This document shows, piece after piece, positions 23,325-34,100 of a DNA stretch of 64,000 bases (the first letter of the stretch is position 1; each line of letters opens with the position of its first letter). A program made the translations under genes and the position numbers. The DNA is from Macrostomum lignano (taxonomy: Eukaryota), in contig NIVC01000356.1 in NCBI GenBank assembly GCA_002269645.1, forward strand, positions 558,001 to 622,000, written 5' to 3'. The notes beneath the pieces were generated by a model. The model ran no database searches and had not been told where the DNA came from. It worked only from the letters and a program-made list of their open reading frames with translations.

Positions 23325-26300
23325 ATGGATAAAGAACTGTCAGACTTTGCTTCCAGTAGCAGCAATAACAGCAACAACAACTACAGCAGCAGTTTCAGCA
23401 CTCACCCATGCAGTGGTCATAATGATAATTTGTTGCCTCTATCAGTTGTTCATGCCAATTTAGCCCATCTGCCAGGCATTCGGGCCTGCGAGCTTCAGTT
23501 TCTTGACAGTCTCCTGTCTCCTGCTGGCCCCATTGCTCATTGCTGTCAGCTTGTTGTCCTTCTAGAAGCTTTGTCTACAATTGGCGCGGCTGCTGCAGCA
23601 ATCAGACCTGCATACTCTGCGTCTGTATTGTTCCTTGTGCGCGATGTTCAGGTATTGATTATTGGTAACCAATGGTGATGGTGCTGGCGCCTCTGGTGCT
23701 GGTGCCTCTGGTGCTGGCGCCTCTGGTGCTGGCGCCTCTGGTGCTGGCGCCTCTGGTGCTGGCGCCTCTGGTGCTGGCGCCTCTGGTGCTGGCGCCTCTG
23801 GTGCTGGCGCCTCTGGTGCTGGCGCCTCTGGTGCTGGCGCCTCTGGTGCTGGCGCCTCTGGTGCTGGCGCCTCTGGTGCTGGCGCCTCTGGCACTAAAGT
23901 ATTAATTATTAACAAAATGATGGGTAATTTAGAATGCAAGCGAGGGTAGTATGAATCAAGAACCCTCTCGTACACTACTACTAAAAGTTATATTAAAAGC
24001 AAACGCACCGTTCGCCAGGTGTTGCTAATCAAGGCTGGATTAAATTCGGACGCGGCAGAATTGAATAATTTATTGTCCTCGCCGTTGCTGGCCAGTCTTT
24101 TTGTTGCTTTCGACTCTCTGGCCGCGGCTACTGATGCCGCTGACGTCTCTTATCCTACTGTCGAAGCCTGTGGTAGCGGCTCTACGTCTGGTGTACAGCT
24201 GAGGCAGCCGAGAGCGCAGCCGGCCAAGGTGAAACGGGTCAGCTATGCTGGTCTGCCGCCTCCTGGCTCCAGCGCGTCCGCGGCCCCGACCACCGCTTCG
24301 GTGTCCATAACCGTGTCCTCGGTGACAGGCAGCGCTGCGCTGGACGCTTCTTCAGTGCTGTCGACTACGGAGGAGAGACTGTCCTCAGGGGACGCGTTTC
24401 TTGTTGCGGATCGTCAGGTGAGGCCTCCCAGATCCTCAGTGTCTGGGCCAGCCTCCCAGAGTGTCAGTTGCTGGGCCAGCCTCCCAGAGTGTCAGTTGCT
24501 GGGCCAGCCTCCCAGAGTGTCAGTTGCTGGGCCAGCCTCCCATATCCTCAGTTGCTGGGCCAGTCTCCCAGAGTGTCAGTTGCTGGGCCAGCCTCCCAGA
24601 GTGTCAGTTGCTGGGCCAGCCTCCCAGATCCTCAGTTGCTGGGCCAGTCTCCCAGAGTGTCAGTTGCTGGGCCAGCCTCCCAGAGTGTCAGTTGCTGGGC
24701 CAGCCTCCCATATCCTCAGTTGCTGGGCCAGCCTCCCAGAGTGTCAGTTGCTGGGCCAGCCTCCCATATCCTCAGTTGCTGGGCCAGCCTCCCATATCCT
24801 CAGTTGCTGGGCCAGCCTCCCAGAGTGTCAGTTGCTGGACCAGCCTCCCAACAGGTTGCCAATCCCGCCACTCTGCAGGAATCGAACTCCAATCCTCCAC
24901 ACGGTACCTATCTCGCCACTCTGCAGGAGTCGAACTCCAAACCTCTAAAGAGTATCAAATCCGCCACTCTACAGGAATCGAACTCCAAACCTCTAAAGAG
25001 TATCAAATCCGCCACTCTACAGGAATCGAACTCCAAACCTCCACAGGGTATCAATCCCGTCACTCCTCAGTTGCTGGGCCAGCCTCCCAGAGTGTCAGTT
25101 GCTGGGCCAGCCTCCCAGAGTGTCAGTTGCTGGGCCAGCCTCCCAGATCCTCAGTTGCTGGGCCAGCCTCCCAGATCCTCAGTTGCTGGGCCAGCCTCCC
25201 AGATCCTCAGTTGCTGGGCCAGCCTCCCAGATCCCCGAATTGAGCCGCAAATAAGCACACAATAGACAACCGGCCCTCCCCTGGCTAGGTGAGCATTTAC
25301 AAAGGCTTCGGCGAGTGCCTGGGCCTCACAACCAGCCGGGTGAAGGTCCCCGGCCTGCCCGGCGGTCGCTGCTGGCTGCTGGCAGTCGAGGAAATCCAAC
25401 CAGGCGGTCAGCTAGACCGACAAGGCGTCCTTCAAGCCGGCGACTTGATCGTTGAAGTCAACGAGCAGCCTGTTGACACGCCAGAAGCTCTGCGTCGGAT
25501 GCTTCGCCAGCTAAGCGGCACCGTCACATTCGGCCTGCTGACTCCCCCGCCGCCGCCTCCCCCGCCGCCGCCTCCACCCGTTGCAAAATTCCGACAGCAG
25601 AGGAGCGGCAGCGGCGGCGCCACGCGCCAGTACATTCGCGCCTGTTTCGACTACAAACCCGACCTGGACAGTCGGCTGGCACAGCGTCGGCGTCGGTTTG
25701 TGTTGCGTCACAAAGAGGACCAGCAGCCGCCGAAGGGTTTGCAATTCACATGCGGCGACATCCTTCAAGTGTTGCTTGCTGGCGAACTGGATAGCGCAGG
25801 AGGCGCCGAATACTGGCTGGCTCGGCCGGTTAGTGAAGGCGCTGGAAGCGGCCATGCTGCCTGGGGTCTGGTGCCGTCCTTGCAGACTGTCCGATCGATG
25901 GACGACGAAAACCGAAGGTTAAGCGCTCCACCGCTGATGTCCGCCTCGAATGCGTGTAAGGCTAAGGGGCTCCGCTGTTGTAGGATCTGAGGTATTAGTA
26001 GTAGCGGCAGTCTGCAGGATCAGAGTTGGTGTTAGCGGCAGTCTGCAGGATCAGAGGTAGCAGCAGAGGCAGTCTGCAGGATCAGAGGTAGCAGCAGCGG
26101 CAGTCTGCAGGATCTGAGGTAGCAGCAGCGGCAGTCTGCAGGATCAGAGGTAGCAGCAGCGGCAGTCTGCAGGATCAGAGGTAGCAGCAGCGGCAGTCTG
26201 CAGGATCAGAGGTAGCAGCAGCGGCAGTCTGCAGGATCTGAGGTAGCAGCAGCGGCAGTCTGCAGGATCAGAGGTAGCAGCAGCGGCAGTCTGCAGGATC

Positions 26301-27114
26301 AGAGGTAGCAGCAGCGGCAGTCTGCAGGATCAGAGGTAGAAGCAGCGGCAGTCTGCAGGATCTGAGGTAGCAGCAGCGGCAGTCTGCAGGATGCCAGCAA
26401 AGCCAGTTTCCAACCAGAGTTGCTCAGCATTCCCTATCCCCCCTCGCAGTTTCAGCTACCAGCAACATCCGTCGAGCGTCGTCAGCAGCCCTGGCTCGTT
26501 CAGCTTCGGCCAGTCAGTTTCCCGCCGCGCCAGTTGCCAGACGCCAGCAGCCGCAGGCTCCAGCCAGTCGGTACTACGAGCCGGTGTCCCGCGCCCGGCC
26601 GCAGCCAGTGGCCTGCCTGGTCCTCGCCGGCCCCTTGGGCTCCGGTCGCAGTCGCCTTCAGCGTCGGCTTATCGATCGGCTGCCTGACAGGTTCATAGCT
26701 GTTGCCGCCGCCACTAGCGGCAGCAACGGCGGTCGAAGATTACGCGAAGAGCTTCGCCGGGCCCATCTGGCTGGCGAGCTGCTGGAGCAGTCAAGCGGCC
26801 TTCGTGCCGACGAACTGGACGGAGCGGTCTCAACCGCATCGGCCAACTCCAAGACGGCTGTGCTGACTTGCCAATGCGAGACAATTCCGCGACTGCGCTG
26901 CCCTCGCTACAGGCCGCTGATAGCCTACTGCTGCGGACCAGCGGCCGCCGAGGACCTGTTCAAGGTGTACAGGCCGCTGTGCGACCTCTCGCTGAATGCT
27001 GCCAGCAATGCTGACTTGGCTGTCCAGCGACTGCTGGCCGCTCTGAAGGAGGCGGAGACGTCGGGTCGGTGGGTGCCGTCAGATTGGCTGACTGAGAGTG
27101 AGTTATTTGGATGA
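23325..27114 (+). CDS. Divergent p55-subfamily MAGUK (L27-PDZ-SH3-GuK), 4 exons (23325-23651, 24019-24417, 25289-25955, 26450-27114), ~685 aa
   Basis: L27-like AAELNNLLSSPLLASLFVAFDSLA; PDZ CLGLTT..GVLQAGDLIVEVN; SH3 YIRACFDYKP..GDILQV..WGLVPS; GuK LVLAGPLGSGRSRL..RWVPSDWL. Junction phases 0,0,1 give an open 2058-nt frame. Confidence 0.85.
23679..23892. repeat. 15-bp minisatellite (GGTGCTGGCGCCTCT) in MAGUK intron 1
   Basis: Direct periodicity. Confidence 0.95.
24424..25232. repeat. 28-bp minisatellite in MAGUK intron 2, interrupted at ~24851-25064 by a 48-bp B-box-containing array
   Basis: Unit (GAGTG/TATCC)TCAGTTGCTGGGCCAGCCTCCCA; the inserted 48-bp units contain GGAATCGAACTCC. Confidence 0.9.
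25982..26390. repeat. 31-bp minisatellite (GCAGCAGCGGCAGTCTGCAGGATCAGAGGTA) in MAGUK intron 3
   Basis: Direct periodicity. Confidence 0.95.
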
Positions 27115-27204
27115 CTATGGAGAGATCGGCTACTGAAAGTAGAAATACACGGATTTGGCTAAAGAAATTTAACGATAAAAGTTGTAAAATCTATTGGCCA
27201 GAAG

Positions 27205-27290
27205 ACCAGCCCCCAAGGCGCAGAGAGTGCACATGCCAGACGATTAGGAAGTCAGGACCACTGTGCACCCTGCGGGAGCGTGTGTGAGTA
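27205..27290 (+). repeat. Dispersed SINE-like repeat fragment (related copies at ~29705-29840 and ~56376-56570)
   Basis: Shared CCAAGGCGCAGAG.GTGCACATGCC.GACGATTAG..TGTACACCCTG motifs. Confidence 0.6.
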
Positions 27291-27759
27291 GTTTGATTTA
27301 CCCTTAATTTGTAATGCGATTAAAGCATGCGGTAACTCATAATAGTACGAATATTATACAAAATATTTGGTTTGCTGTAGCTCTTGTCAGACATTTCATA
27401 GCAGATTTTTTCTTTACGTTTTTATAAACCTTGGTGTTTTCCACCCCCATTTGCGTCATGTGATGATAGCAGTAGTATCTAAAGCTCTATTTTGCCTATC
27501 GATTTTTATCTTTAAGTGCCAAATCCTGTGCCTTATCTGTCAATTTTGAATGCGATCAATTAGGGTCACGTGACCTTGGTCTACGGCAATTTTGTATACA
27601 GAATGATTTTTTTCTGTAATGCTTTTATTTTAGATAGCCAAAAATGTAAACATTAACTGATTTTACAAATATTTTTAAGCTTCACATTAAAATGGTTGTC
27701 CTAATACCATTATTAGAGATATTTAATTTTTTATTTCTAAAAAGAGTTACTAAATAAAA

Positions 27760-28100
27760 ACAGGTTGCCAATCCCGCCACTCTGCAGGAATCGAACTCCA
27801 AACCTCCACAGGGTACCTATCTCGCCACTCTGCAGGAATCGAACTCCAAACCTCTAAAGAGTATCAAATCCGCCACTCTACAGGAATCGAACTCCAAACC
27901 TCCACAGGGTACCTATCTCGCCACTCTGCAGGAATCGAACTCCAAACCTCTAAAGAGTATCAAATCCGCCACTCTACAGGAATCGAACTCCAAACCTCCA
28001 CAGGGTACCTATCTCGCCACTCTACAGGAATCGAACTCCAAACCTCCACACAGCGCACCAATCCCCACTCTGTGAAGGAATCGAACTCCAAGCCTCTATT
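27760..28100. repeat. 48-bp tandem array (7 copies, two alternating unit types) with a tRNA B-box-like motif on the minus strand
   Basis: GGAATCGAACTCC at 27787, 27835, 27883, 27931, 27979, 28027 and 28077; its reverse complement is GGAGTTCGATTCC. Confidence 0.85.
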
Positions 28101-28196
28101 AACAAAAATTCTACTTATCCTACGGGCAAATTCTAGGAATCGAGCCCCAGACCTTAAAAGACATCAGCCGCCTGACCTAATTTTCCGTATTTTTTG

Positions 28197-31100
28197 ATGT
28201 CAGACCAGCAGCAGAAGAAGCAGAGAGGCGGCTCTGCATCGGCGGCCTCCGACTTTTCGTCGGTACCTCGTCGTCGTCCGCCATCGTTGAAGGTCAACGA
28301 CTGGCTGGCCGGCCTGCCCGACTTTGTCGGCTCAGCTGCCGATGATGACGATGCCAACGACTATGGCGCTCTTGCTGACGAAGTCGATCTGGACTGTCTA
28401 GCCGCTGCCCCAAACGACGTGGCGGAAGACGCTGCCGAACCGGAAGCGATGCGCAGAAGTCGCAGCGGTGGCGGACGCGGCGGCAGCCGAGGCGCATTCG
28501 ACTGCTTTGCCGCTAATCCGTCAAGATTTCTAAGCCTGCTGAGCAACATGGAGAACGAGGAGGCGGACAAACTGGCCGGGCCAGTGGATCAGAACCAGCT
28601 GCTGGCTAACGCCTCGGACACGCTGATGGAGGACCTTCGGTCAATTCAACAGCTGCAGATCAGCGACCTGTCGGGCGGCCGCAGCGGCTGCTCGGAGCTG
28701 GACCGGCTGTTTGCTGAGAAGGCCAGCAGCCAGCCGGAGCTGGTGGCGGCTATGCAGCGGCTTCAGTCTGCATCGGCTGCTTTGGTTAGCCGAGGCGATC
28801 TCAGCTTCATCCGAGAGGAAGAGTTCGATCCAGAGACTCCGCAGCAGCAGCAGCAGCAGCCGGACAGCCGCTGTGCAGATGAAGATCGGGATGGCAACGA
28901 TGAGTACGGAGATGAGGAGAGTAGAACCAAGGTGACAGAGACTGGCTGTCAGTCCCAGCTGCAGACGTCTGTGTTTGAACTGAGCGCCATCCTTGGCGCC
29001 GTTGATCGACTGTCTACCGGGCCGTCGTCTGCTGCGGGCGCGGCGCCTGCGTCGGCAGCGTCGGCAGCAGCTCCGGCATCGACAGTCGTCGCAACGTCGG
29101 CTGCTTCGTCGGCATTTGGCGACGCGAATTCTTCGACACGAGCCGAGCGTGCGATGCACCTGGCCAGGGAGCTGCACAGAAACAAGGGCCGGTCCGCGGC
29201 GGCAGTGGCTTCCACTGCAGAGAAGGAGAACAGCATGCCGCAGCCAACGCCCAGACGGCCGGTGCCGCCGGTGTCCACTCTGCTGCTGGACGCCACCGCC
29301 GGGGAGCCGAGCTTCAATTTGAAGGAGTCCTTCATGCGTTCTACTCCTATTCCTAGGCCGGCGGCGCTGCTGCAGAGTCAGCAGAAGTCGGCGCTTAATG
29401 CTGGGTTGGTGCCGATGTTGTGCATGCTTTCAGCGGCTACTATGCCAATATATCTAGCGGCGCTTAATGCTGGGTTGGTGCCGATGTTGTGCATGCTTTC
29501 AGCGGCTACTATGCCAATATATCTAGCGGCGCTTAATGCTGGGTTGGTGCCGATGTTGTGCATGCTTTCAGCGGCTACTATGCCAATATATCTAGCGGCG
29601 CTTAATGCTGGGTTGGTGCCGATGTTGTGCATACTTTCAGCGGCTACTATGCCAATATATCTAGCATGTTTGGGGGGTGGGGGAGAGCAGCTTCAAGGTT
29701 GATAGCCAGCCTCCAAGGCGCAGAGCGTGCACATGCCTGACGATTAGTCAGTCAGGGCCGATGTACACCCTGTGTGAGCGTGTGTGTGAGTTTGTGTCTG
29801 CCTACAGTATTGGCGCGCTGCTTGAGGAGTCAGCAGAGTGTGTAATATTGATACTTAGTATATCTGGCATACTGAATTAACTGAAACTTGACCTGTCCGA
29901 TTCTCCAACTCCTCAGCAGCGCCGGCAGTGCCCCGTTCCTGTGCCTCAACCGCCTGGCCCTGCCCGACCAGGTCCCGGTTGGCTCCTGCCACACAGCCGA
30001 GCTCAGCCTCACCAGCTGCTGCGACTGGCGAGTTGAGCTGTCAATCAGCTTAGCCTATTGCGCTGAGCAGGTTGGCAATCGATTTGTCACCCTAGCAACC
30101 GACCAGATCCCGTTTGCGCTGACGCCCCGGCTCAGTCTGGATGCTCGCTGCTCCAAGCCAGTGTTGGTGAAATTTGCGCCAAGGCGGAGCGGCTTCTATC
30201 TGGCCGAGGTGCTGGTGCAGGTGGCTTCTGGGGCATCGGCTTTGCCCGGCTGTAGTAGGACTGTCAGCTTGGAGGCTGGTGGCATCGGCCTGCGACTGGT
30301 CACGCCTACTGGTGGCCAGGTGAGTTGTCATTGTGTGATTTTGTGTGATTGGGGTATTGTCATTGTGTGATTTTGTGTGATTGGGGTATTGTCATTGTGT
30401 GATTTTGTGTGATTGGGGTATTGTCATTGTGTGACTTGGGGTATTGTCATTGTGTGATTTGGGGTATTGTCATTGTGTGATTTGGGGTATTGTCATTGTG
30501 TGATTTGGGGTATTGTCATTGTGTGATTTTGTGTGATTGGGGTATTGTCATTGTGTGACTTGGGGTATTGTCATTGTGTGATTTGGGGTATTGCAATTGT
30601 GTGATTGGGATATTGTCATTATGTGATTGGGGTATTGTCATTGTGTGATTGGGGTATTGTCATTGTGTGATTGGGGTATTGTCATTGTGTGATTGGGGAA
30701 TTGTCATTGTGATTTTGTATGATTGGGGTATTGTCATTGTGTGATTTGAGGTATTGTCATTATGTGATTTGGGGTGTTGTCACTGTGTGATTTGGGATAT
30801 TGTCATTGTGTGATTTGGGATATTGTCAGTGTGATTTGGGGTATTGTCATTGTGTGATTTGGGGTATTGTCATTGTGTGATTTGGGGTATTGTCATTATG
30901 TGATTTGGGGTATTGTCATTGTGTGATTTGGGGTATTGTCATTGTGTGATTTGAGGTATTGTCATTGTGTGATTTGGGGTATTGTCATTGTGTGACTTGG
31001 GGTATTGTCCCTATTGTTGAACTACTAATCTTAACAAGCGCAATTGTTACTGTTTGGACAACCCCCCCCCCCCAGGTGACCTTTGACCCGCCGCAGTCCG

Positions 31101-34100
31101 ACTTGCCGGTCAAGCAGCAGCAGCAGATGAGCCAAAGCCGGCTTGTCCAGCTGCAGAACCTCAGCCCGGAGCCGGCCACCGTTCTGGCGCTGCTCACCTG
31201 CGACAGTCAGGCTGCCGATGACGACGTCGAGTTTGCTTTCGAATCGGCTGAATCGGCCGCCGACGTCGCCGAAGTCCAAGGCGACGGTCGCGCCATTCGC
31301 TTGACTGTGCCCGGCCACAGCCTGGCCCCGCTGCGCCTCGTCTGCCGCCGACGACGCCTGGGTGACTCCGCCGCCGCCGCCGCCGCCTTCGACAGCCGTG
31401 GCCGGCCTCCGCCGGTCACAGGCCGCTTGTCCATCCGCCTGCCGCCGGACCATCGAGATCTGCTGACTGCTCCGCTGGTGGCCTTGCCGCCTGTTGCCAC
31501 CGACTCGCTGCTGAATTCCTGCCGGCGCAGCGTCGATGCCGGCTACTCCGGCAGCGCCAACAGCGAGCCGCCGCCGCTGGCTGCCACTGTTAATCGCCTG
31601 GTTTGGCCCGGCGTTGCTATGGATACGGGGCACACGCAACACCTGGTGCTGGTGCCTCAGCAGGTGAGCAGAGCTGGTTAAAAAGGTTTTTATTTTCCTT
31701 TCAATTTCTTTTTCCTTTCAGTATTGAGTTTCGTTCATGTTGACTCTTTGTTCTATTCCTTGACTCTTTGTTCTACTCCTTGACTCTTTGTTCTATTCCT
31801 TGACTCTTTGTTCTATTCCTTGACTCTTTGTTCTACTCCTTGACTCTTTGTTGTATTCCTTGACTCTTGGTTCTGTTCCTTGACTCTTTTATTCATTGAC
31901 TCTTTTTATATTTATTGACTGTGTTGTATTCATTGACTCTTTCTATTCCTAGCCTCTGTTCTATTTCTTGACTCTTTGTTCTTTTTTGAATCTTTGTTCT
32001 TTGACTGTTCCTTTGTTCTTTTACTCTTTGTTCTATTCTTTAACTCTTTGTTCCTTATATTGTTTGCGACTTGTTTTTATTGCTACAAAATCTGTACTAT
32101 TTTCGTAACACAAGAATTTATTTTAAAAATTTTATGCGAGCTACATTAAACACATTTTCATGTTTGCGGCATTTTTACTATCTTTAACCGCCAACTTTCG
32201 TGTGCACTCCAGCTTTCTATTCCGTATTTATGCATCATGCTTTCCGCAGTCTGCCGCCCCTCTGCCAGCCACCGCCGCGCCAATCATCGCCCGCCTCGAG
32301 CTGCGCCATCCCAACTTCCGCTTGGAGCCGTCCTGGCTCAGGCAGGTGGAGTTTCCGCCCGGCTGCAGGCGGGTTTCTGTGTCCGTAATCTACTCGCCGG
32401 ATTCGGAGCCGGGGCCGCACACGACCAGGCTGTTAGTGAGGCTGCCTGGCGCCAATTTTCATGTGCACCTGCTGGGCTGGGGCGGGGCGCCTCAGCTGGC
32501 GCCGATGAAAACCGCCTTTGGCGTTGTCAATACCGGCTGGCCAGCGTTCTATTGGTACGGAGAGCCGGCTAGACAGGGCGTGCTCAAACAGGTGAGGCTG
32601 GGTGTGCTCAAACCGATGAGGCTGGGTGTGCTCAAACAGGTGAGGCTGGGTGTGCTCAAACCGATGAGGCTGGGTGTGCTCAAACAGGTGAGGCTGGGTG
32701 TGCTCAAACCGATGAGGCTGGGCGTGCTCAAACAGGGGGACGCTAAATGTGCTCAAACTGATGAGGCTGGGTGTGCTCAAACTGATAAGGCTGGGTGTGC
32801 TCAAACAGGTGACAATGGGTGCCCGTGTAGCCATCTGATCAGGTTTTTCGCCCGGTAGGCGATCGGGATTTTTGCCCGGTTTGTAGTACATTTTTTCCTA
32901 TCTAAAAACCCGAAAATCCTCGGGAAAGTGGTCTCGAAAACGGACGAAGACGGCAGTTTCGTCTGGTTGTTCGTCAGGAATTTCGTAGAGGACATCAGGT
33001 ATTTTCTCGGGTTTCTCTTCGGCTACTCAAACTGATGAGTACCCTGAATAAAACCCGACAAATGACCGGATGAAAGTGCAATAGCAGAACCCGGCAAATA
33101 ACCGGGGCAAAATCAGACTAAAACCTAACGAAAGCGACACGACGACCCAACCGGACGAATATCCGTAGCAAAATCAGACTAAAACCTAACGAAAGCGACA
33201 CGACGACCCAACCGGACGAATATCCGTAGCAAAATCAGACTAAAACCTAACGAAAGCGACACGACGACCCAACCGGACGAATATCCGTAGCAAAATCAGA
33301 CTAAAACCTAACGAAAGCGACACGACGACCCAACCGGACGAATATCCGTAGCAAAATCAGACTAAAACCTAACGAAAGCGACACGACGACCCAACCGGAC
33401 GAATATCCGTAGCAAAATCAGACTAAAACCTAACGAAAGCGACACGACGACCCAACCGGACGAATATCCGTAGCAAAATCAGACTAAAACCTAACGAAAG
33501 CGACACGACGACCCAACCGGACGAATATCCGTAGCAAAATCAGACTAAAACCTAACGAAAGCGACACGACGACCCAACCGGACGAATATCCGTAGCAAAA
33601 TCAGACTAAAACCTAACGAAAGCGACACGACGACCCAACCGGACGAATATCCGTAGCAAAATCAGACTAAAACGTAACGAAAGCGACACGACGATCAAAC
33701 CGGACGAAAAACCCTGCATCCCTATCGAATTGTGTCTACTCTCGGAAATATGTAGTGCCGTCTTAGTAAAACATCTACAGTGCGCTTCTGTCAACGGATA
33801 CCGTGAAGAGTAAAGAAGTAAGACAATTGACAGTCAGTGTTAATACAAACTATGTAACGTTCCATCTTGCAATTCATCAAACTGTTCCAAATCACCTACA
33901 AGATCAATATACTCCTCTGTTTTTTTTATTCCAAAGATGTTGTAGAATACAGTCAGTAGGCGCATAGTCGCTAGTCATCTAGGCGCATAAATGCGGGAAT
34001 TTAAAATCACTTCTGACTGGCCAAAAGTATGTTCAGAAAGTCGCCGCAGCTGACTGTGCCGTCCATGGCGCTCTGATCGTCGTCCCCCTCCAGATGCCGC

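Noticed and set aside
23562-23975. Silk/antifreeze-like (GAGAS)n or (PEAPA)n ORFs
   Set aside because: A 15-bp intronic repeat between phase-matched MAGUK exons; no independent gene structure.
26020-26390. Each 31-bp unit has AG-GATCAGAG-GT, suggesting tandem 8-nt microexons
   Set aside because: The implied introns would be 23 nt with no pyrimidine tract; a proper acceptor at 26449 gives the correct phase.
33108-33710. Regularly spaced repeats resembling a CRISPR array (also the 48-, 49- and 69-bp arrays)
   Set aside because: The units are contiguous with no unique spacers, there are no cas genes, and the context is eukaryotic.
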